Shown here: positions 58,940 through 64,000 of the stretch, in pieces
Layout of the letters: each line of letters opens with the position of its first letter
Position numbering within the stretch: the stretch's first letter is position 1
Origin: Parcubacteria group bacterium GW2011_GWA1_40_21
Lineage (GTDB): Bacteria > Patescibacteriota > Minisyncoccia > Phycocordibacterales > GWA1-40-21
Direction: 5' to 3'
Assembly (NCBI GenBank): GCA_000996205.1
Contig: LBYO01000001.1
Coordinates: 3,077 to 67,076 of the forward strand
DNA length: 64,000 nt
Program-made: the position numbers and the translations under genes
Notes under the pieces: generated by a model
What the model was told of the DNA's origin: nothing
Seen by the model: only the letters and a program-made list of their open reading frames with translations
Databases searched by the model: none

Positions 58940-59947
58940 ATGAAAATACTTATAGCTACCGGCATATACCCGCCTGACATTGGCGGGCCGGCTCAGTACG
59001 CTAAAAATATAGAAACAGTTTGGAGGAACCAAGGTCACACTGTGAAAGTCTTGTCATTTCTGTTTGAAAGAAAACTGCCAACGGGGATACGACACATTTG
59101 GTATGGCTCGCGGCTTTTGTTTCAAATGATTGGAAGCGATATGGTAATCGCACTGGACACTTTCAGTGCGGGGGTTCCGGCAGTTTTTATGGCAAAGATC
59201 TTGCGCAGGAAAATTATCGCGCGAACAGGCGGTGATTTTTTATGGGAAGCTTATGTTGAACGAACGGGAGATCTGGCGCTTCTGCGTAATTTTTACGATA
59301 CTTGCATGAATAAATTATCCCGAAAAGAGCGAATGATTTTTAGACTGACACGGTATATGCTTACTCATGCGGACGGGATTGTGTTTAGTACAGCATGGCA
59401 GAGGAATATTTTCATACCCGCGTACGGAATTGATTCTAAAAAAACACATATCGTAGAGAATTACTACGGCAAAAAGGAGGAATCTTTTAATCCTGTGAGA
59501 AAAAATTTTATAGCCGGAACAAGGCTACTCAAGTGGAAAAATTTAGACCGTGTCCGCGAAGTTTTCGCATCTGAAGATGTTAAGAGGGCAGGTGTCGTGT
59601 TTGAAGAAAATAGCGAAAAATTTGAGAAATTTATGGACAGAATTTCTAATTGTTACGCCGTCGTACTCGCGTCTTTGGGTGACATCAGTCCTAATATGAT
59701 TCTTGACGCTATCCGCTATAATAAGCCTTTTATCCTTACAAAAGAGACTGGTTTGTATGAAAGGCTCAAGGGCATCGCTATTTTTGTTGATCCTGAAAAT
59801 GACAATGATATTAAAGAAAAAATACTTTTTCTGGCAGACGATAAAAATTATCAGGCTTCAGCAGATAAAGTCGCCACTTTTTCTTTTACTCATTCTTGGC
59901 TAGAAATATGCGATGAATTGATGAAGATATATAAAAATCTTCTATAA
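58940..59947 (+). CDS. Glycosyltransferase family 4-like
   Basis: ILIATGIYPPDIGGPA, DISPNMILDA. Confidence 0.8.
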   Translation: MKILIATGIYPPDIGGPAQYAKNIETVWRNQGHTVKVLSFLFERKLPTGIRHIWYGSRLLFQMIGSDMVIALDTFSAGVPAVFMAKILRRKIIARTGGDFLWEAYVERTGDLALLRNFYDTCMNKLSRKERMIFRLTRYMLTHADGIVFSTAWQRNIFIPAYGIDSKKTHIVENYYGKKEESFNPVRKNFIAGTRLLKWKNLDRVREVFASEDVKRAGVVFEENSEKFEKFMDRISNCYAVVLASLGDISPNMILDAIRYNKPFILTKETGLYERLKGIAIFVDPENDNDIKEKILFLADDKNYQASADKVATFSFTHSWLEICDELMKIYKNLL

Positions 59948-59992
59948 ATTTATGGAAAAACCGTAAAATTTATGTTTAACTAATAGCAAATC

Positions 59993-60496
59993 ATGCTCGA
60001 AAAAAATTACCAAAAAATTCACAATCGTTTCAAACGCCACGCGCCTCCTGTGATTTATAATAATGTTTTCAGGCACAGACAGGTTGTCAAATATTTGATC
60101 GCTGGCGGAACATCAACCTCCGCCGATATTTTGATTTATTCTCTTCTCATTTATTTCGCCAGTCTTTGGTATGTGGCGTCTTCGATTATTTCTTTTACGG
60201 TCGCTTTTTGGATAAGCTTCGGCCTTCAAAAATTTTGGACATTTAGGGACAGAGACACTAAAAATATGATGAAGCAGACCTATCTTTATTTATTTGTAGC
60301 GATTGTCAATTTGGGAATAAATACCCTATTAATATATCTTTTTGTCGATTATATCCACATTCACAAATTCATTTCCAAAGTTATTGCTAATGCAATGATA
60401 GCGGTTGAAAGTTTTCTCGTTTACAGGTATTTTATTTTCGCGAAAATAGGCAAAGTTGAAATTGAGGAAACTCCGCAAGAACTAAATACGCATTGA
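59993..60496 (+). CDS. GtrA-family flippase-like protein
   Basis: KYLIAGG, KFWTF, four TM segments. Confidence 0.85.
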   Translation: MLEKNYQKIHNRFKRHAPPVIYNNVFRHRQVVKYLIAGGTSTSADILIYSLLIYFASLWYVASSIISFTVAFWISFGLQKFWTFRDRDTKNMMKQTYLYLFVAIVNLGINTLLIYLFVDYIHIHKFISKVIANAMIAVESFLVYRYFIFAKIGKVEIEETPQELNTH

Positions 60497-60501
60497 TATT
60501 T

Positions 60502-61542
60502 ATGAAGATACTGATTTTTACGCAAAAAATTGATGTTAATGATCCGGTACTCGGCTTCTTTTGCCGATGGATTGAAGAATTCGCTAAAAATTTTGAGAAA
60601 ATAACTGTCGTTTGTCTGCAAAAAGGGGAATATAACTTGCCTCCGAATGTTAAAGTTTTAAGTCTGGGCAAAGACAAGCTAACAGCTTTTAAAAAAATTA
60701 AATACATATTGAATTTTTATAAACACATTTGGCGGGAAAGGAAAAATTATGACGTAGTGTTCGTCCATATGAATCAAGAATATGCCCTTCTCGGAGGAAT
60801 TTTCTGGAAGATTTCCGGCAAGAAAATTTATATGTGGAGGAATCATCACTCCGGATCACTCCTCACTGATATCGCTTCAGTTTTTTGCAAAAAAGTATTT
60901 TGCACTTCTAAATATTCTTACACGGCCAAATACAAAAAAACAGTTTTGATGCCTGTCGGGGTAGACATTCAAAGATTCAAAATAAAAAATGAAATCTCAA
61001 AAATAAAAAATAGCATTTTATTCTTGGGAAGAATCGCGCCGTCAAAAAATGTTGATATTTTCGTGGAAGCACTTGGAATTCTTAAAAAGCAAAACCTGAA
61101 TTTTTCCGGGGATATTTACGGAGACGTTCTACCAGAAGATGTTATGTATTTAGAAAAAATAAAATCGCGTGTGTGCGAGTTGGGATTAGAAAGTGTTTTG
61201 AAATTTCACAGTGGTGTGCCGAATCGCCAAACGCCGGAAATTTATAATTCGCACGAAATTTTTGTTAATTTAAGCTCGTCTGGTATGTATGACAAAACTA
61301 TTTTTGAGGCAATGAGTTGCGGATGTCTCGCTCTTGCTTCTAATAATAATCTAAAAGGGCAGATTGATGATAGATTTATCATTGCAGAAAGAAAAGCGGA
61401 AGAAGTGACAAAGCAAATATCTATCATTTTGTCTTTATCAGAAGAGGAAAAACAAAAAATCATTTCCGACAACATAAAATTTGCCGAGATGCATAGTTTG
61501 GAAGAACTTGCCGGCAAGTTGAGTCACATTGTCAACAAATAA
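60502..61542 (+). CDS. Glycosyltransferase family 4
   Basis: LGRIAPSKN, DKTIFEAMSCG. Confidence 0.88.
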   Translation: MKILIFTQKIDVNDPVLGFFCRWIEEFAKNFEKITVVCLQKGEYNLPPNVKVLSLGKDKLTAFKKIKYILNFYKHIWRERKNYDVVFVHMNQEYALLGGIFWKISGKKIYMWRNHHSGSLLTDIASVFCKKVFCTSKYSYTAKYKKTVLMPVGVDIQRFKIKNEISKIKNSILFLGRIAPSKNVDIFVEALGILKKQNLNFSGDIYGDVLPEDVMYLEKIKSRVCELGLESVLKFHSGVPNRQTPEIYNSHEIFVNLSSSGMYDKTIFEAMSCGCLALASNNNLKGQIDDRFIIAERKAEEVTKQISIILSLSEEEKQKIISDNIKFAEMHSLEELAGKLSHIVNK

Positions 61543-61555
61543 GATGAATGCCGTG

Positions 61556-62152
61556 TCATTTCACAACCTCTAATTCAAATACCAGAATTTTAACAGGAAA
61601 GAGCATATACAGGCGATTATCATAAAAATCCTGATGTTTTTTAAGCCAGTTTTTAAACCACCTTTTTATAAAATTGCATTTTACCGCTGGCCAGCCGATT
61701 GATATGTCCACTAATTTAAGCTTGAACGGCAAATTGGTGAAGGTGTGGTTGTTTTTGCAAAAATAGTTTATTGTTTTGCAGGTGAAGAAATTTTTGTGAG
61801 TAGGATCTTTATAGGCGGATGACGAGCGAAAATGGGGGACTTCTATTATTACTCTGCATCCATTTTTGCCTATTCTATGCATTTCCTTGAAAACATTCAA
61901 AAGACTGCTCGCATGTTCTATAAAGTGAAATGCCAGTATGATATCAGCGCTATTGTCTGGAATCGGCCACGGAGAAATATCTAAGTTGTGTTTTATGTCT
62001 ATTGTCTTTGCTTCGTCCCAATCTACGCCGATAACACCTGGATAATGTTGCTTGCCACAACCTAGATTATATACGCGAAGATTGTCGTCAAATTTGATCT
62101 GTCGTCCGTTCGGCTGATAGATTTGCTCAATAATGTTATTATTAACCATCAT
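61556..62152 (-). CDS. Class I SAM-dependent methyltransferase
   Basis: NLGCG, GVD, FIEH, DPTH. Confidence 0.85.
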   Translation of the reverse strand: MMVNNNIIEQIYQPNGRQIKFDDNLRVYNLGCGKQHYPGVIGVDWDEAKTIDIKHNLDISPWPIPDNSADIILAFHFIEHASSLLNVFKEMHRIGKNGCRVIIEVPHFRSSSAYKDPTHKNFFTCKTINYFCKNNHTFTNLPFKLKLVDISIGWPAVKCNFIKRWFKNWLKKHQDFYDNRLYMLFPVKILVFELEVVK

Positions 62153-62194
62153 ATTTAATAGCTTTATTATAGTTTACAAAATCCTTTTTTCCAA

Positions 62195-63367
62195 ATGATA
62201 ACTGAAAACAAGATTGCAATTGTAATTCCCGTGCTCCGAAGAGGGGGCGGAGCGGAAAAAATCGCCTCATGGCTTTCTAAAGAGTTAGACTCGAAAGGGT
62301 GGAGCGTCCATTTCATCACTTTCTCAAGACGGGAGAATGAATACAATACAGGCGGAGTTCGCCATTCAATTTATCCTTCTTATAAACCTCATTCATTTTT
62401 CTCTTCAATTTTAAAAGCTCGAAAAATATCTAAAATATGCAAAGAAAACGACATATCCAAAATCCTTGCTTTTACCGAAGAAGCTTCTGCTGTAAGTCTG
62501 TTGGCTAAATTTTTTGGATTTAAAGGAAAAGTTTTCGTTGCCGTAAGGAACAATCCTTCCTTCCGTGGATTCTTTAGCCGATGCTTTATTAAAATATTTT
62601 ATCGTTTTGCGGACAGAGTGATTGCCAACTCGCAGGGAATGGCGAATATCCTCCAGAATGAATTCAATCTTAAAGAAATTTCCGTAATTTACAATCCTTG
62701 TGATATTGGCGCAAACAGAGAAAAAGCTAAAGATATTTTACCGGAAAACATCGCGGATTTTATTCGTCAAAAGTTTGTGTTTCTTAATATAGGTAGAATG
62801 ATAGAGCAAAAAGGACAAAAATATCTTTTGCGCGCATTTAAGGAAGTTTCCGACAAAAATCCCAATGCTGTCCTCATATTTCTTGGTTCAGGCGTGTTGG
62901 AAAAAGAGCTGAAAGAATACGCGGCATCTTTGGGGGTTGAAAATAAGATTTTATTTGCCGGAATATTAGAAAATGTATACCCGATTATCGCTAAGTCAGA
63001 TTGCTTTGTTTTCTCGTCTCTTTGGGAAGGATTTCCCAATGTTTTGCTTGATGCTTTGTCTTTGGATAAAGCTGTAATTTCTACCGACTGCGACACAGGT
63101 CCTCGCGAACTGCTTTCGGAAAAAGTCACTCCGGCGCCTCTCGTATACCCATATTGTGGTGAATATGGAGTACTCATTAAAACACCGCTCCGCGGGTCGA
63201 TATCTTCAAAAAATACCCTTTTGCCCGAAGAAAAAAACTTCGCGGAGTCAATGCTTGAGGCTATAAAAACGAATTTCTGGGGAGGAAAATACAGCCAATC
63301 TTCTCGCGCGGCCGACAATCTTTCTTCGAGGAAAATCTATAGTTTGTGGGAAGATGCGCTAGTCTAG
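62195..63367 (+). CDS. Glycosyltransferase family 4
   Basis: GGAEK, IGRMIEQKG, EGFPNVLLDA, TDCDTGPRE. Confidence 0.9.
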   Translation: MITENKIAIVIPVLRRGGGAEKIASWLSKELDSKGWSVHFITFSRRENEYNTGGVRHSIYPSYKPHSFFSSILKARKISKICKENDISKILAFTEEASAVSLLAKFFGFKGKVFVAVRNNPSFRGFFSRCFIKIFYRFADRVIANSQGMANILQNEFNLKEISVIYNPCDIGANREKAKDILPENIADFIRQKFVFLNIGRMIEQKGQKYLLRAFKEVSDKNPNAVLIFLGSGVLEKELKEYAASLGVENKILFAGILENVYPIIAKSDCFVFSSLWEGFPNVLLDALSLDKAVISTDCDTGPRELLSEKVTPAPLVYPYCGEYGVLIKTPLRGSISSKNTLLPEEKNFAESMLEAIKTNFWGGKYSQSSRAADNLSSRKIYSLWEDALV

Positions 63368-63472
63368 TTATCTATATAATCCAATTTGATTGATTAAAAA
63401 CAGATAAACAGATAAAGAAGAATAAGGCTTTTTTATCCAAAAAAGAAAATTTAACGGAGTAAGATTTTCACA

Positions 63473-64000
63473 TCAAGTATTTTTCTTTTTAAATATGGCA
63501 ATAAGCCTCCTGCCTTTCTCCTTATCGCATATATTGAAATATCGGGTCCATATATGTTTATTATAAAATTTCCGGAGAGGCTTGATGTCAATGAATTTGT
63601 TGTCAATAAATTTATATAATAATTTAAGGATATGGAAACCGGCTCTGTCTTGGCCGAATATTCCGTCCGCGCAGAAATAATCGGAAACAGTTTCAGTTAA
63701 AGATTTTGCCGTGAAGTGCTGGTAGTGTTTGCTTCCTGGAAGAGGGATTCCTTGCAAAAAAGACGGGACAGTTATAATCAGTGCGCCGTCTTTTTTAAGG
63801 ACGCGGGAAACTTCTTTTAAAATCACGGAAATATTTGATGGTTCTATGTGTTCCAATGTCTCTATTAGAAAGACAGCGTCAAATGAACTTGGTTCGTATT
63901 GTAATTTTGACAGATTGCTGACGGAAAACTGCGCTTGTGGCACAAGCAAGCGGGCGAATCCGATTGCTCTCTGCGAGTAATCAGCGCCGAATAGGAAATA
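63473..64000 (-). CDS. Class I SAM-dependent methyltransferase, 5'-truncated by the window edge
   Basis: The frame is open to 64000 (FGADYSQRA), then SFDAV, LEHI, RVLKKDG. Confidence 0.85.
   Translation of the reverse strand, partial: YFLFGADYSQRAIGFARLLVPQAQFSVSNLSKLQYEPSSFDAVFLIETLEHIEPSNISVILKEVSRVLKKDGALIITVPSFLQGIPLPGSKHYQHFTAKSLTETVSDYFCADGIFGQDRAGFHILKLLYKFIDNKFIDIKPLRKFYNKHIWTRYFNICDKEKGRRLIAIFKKKNT

Noticed and set aside
56193-64000. Glycosyltransferase, methyltransferase and GtrA cluster as a novel system
   Set aside because: Ordinary surface-glycan locus of the kind common in CPR; only the embedded repeats are reported.

Overview
This window is a chromosomal fragment of a Patescibacteria (CPR, Parcubacteria-like) genome. 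It holds a 5'-truncated 23S rRNA with four group I(-like) introns and three helix insertions, a 5S rRNA, and an unlinked 16S rRNA about 12 kb downstream with two group I introns and two helix insertions. There are three canonical tRNAs (Ala-GGC, Ile-GAU, Ile-UAU). Housekeeping genes include rodA, secDF, pepF, smpB, ftsH, recG, gpmI, obgE, gatB, gap, rpe, split transketolase and murC, and a glycosyltransferase cluster ends the window. The strongest unexplained signal is that the rRNA precursors carry nested RNA or protein cargo. A 166-nt tmRNA-like RNA with a G3-U70 alanine acceptor sits in a 16S intron. A degenerate tRNA-like RNA sits in a 23S intron, a tRNA-Pro-like RNA with a non-canonical anticodon loop sits in the 23S-5S spacer, and a 67-aa ORF sits in 23S helix 63. 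All four lie inside or next to one covarying ~20-bp stem family, and the three RNAs follow a boxA-like motif. Other notable items are an intron in the sarcin-ricin loop, a major vault protein homologue in cassettes bounded by recG 3'-end copies, a GIY-YIG/tRNA-Ala cassette, a C-to-U variant anti-Shine-Dalgarno, and palindromic repeats inserted in frame into genes. All calls were made by eye with no database searches, and E. coli-equivalent positions are approximate. Three apparent deletions are probably assembly errors.
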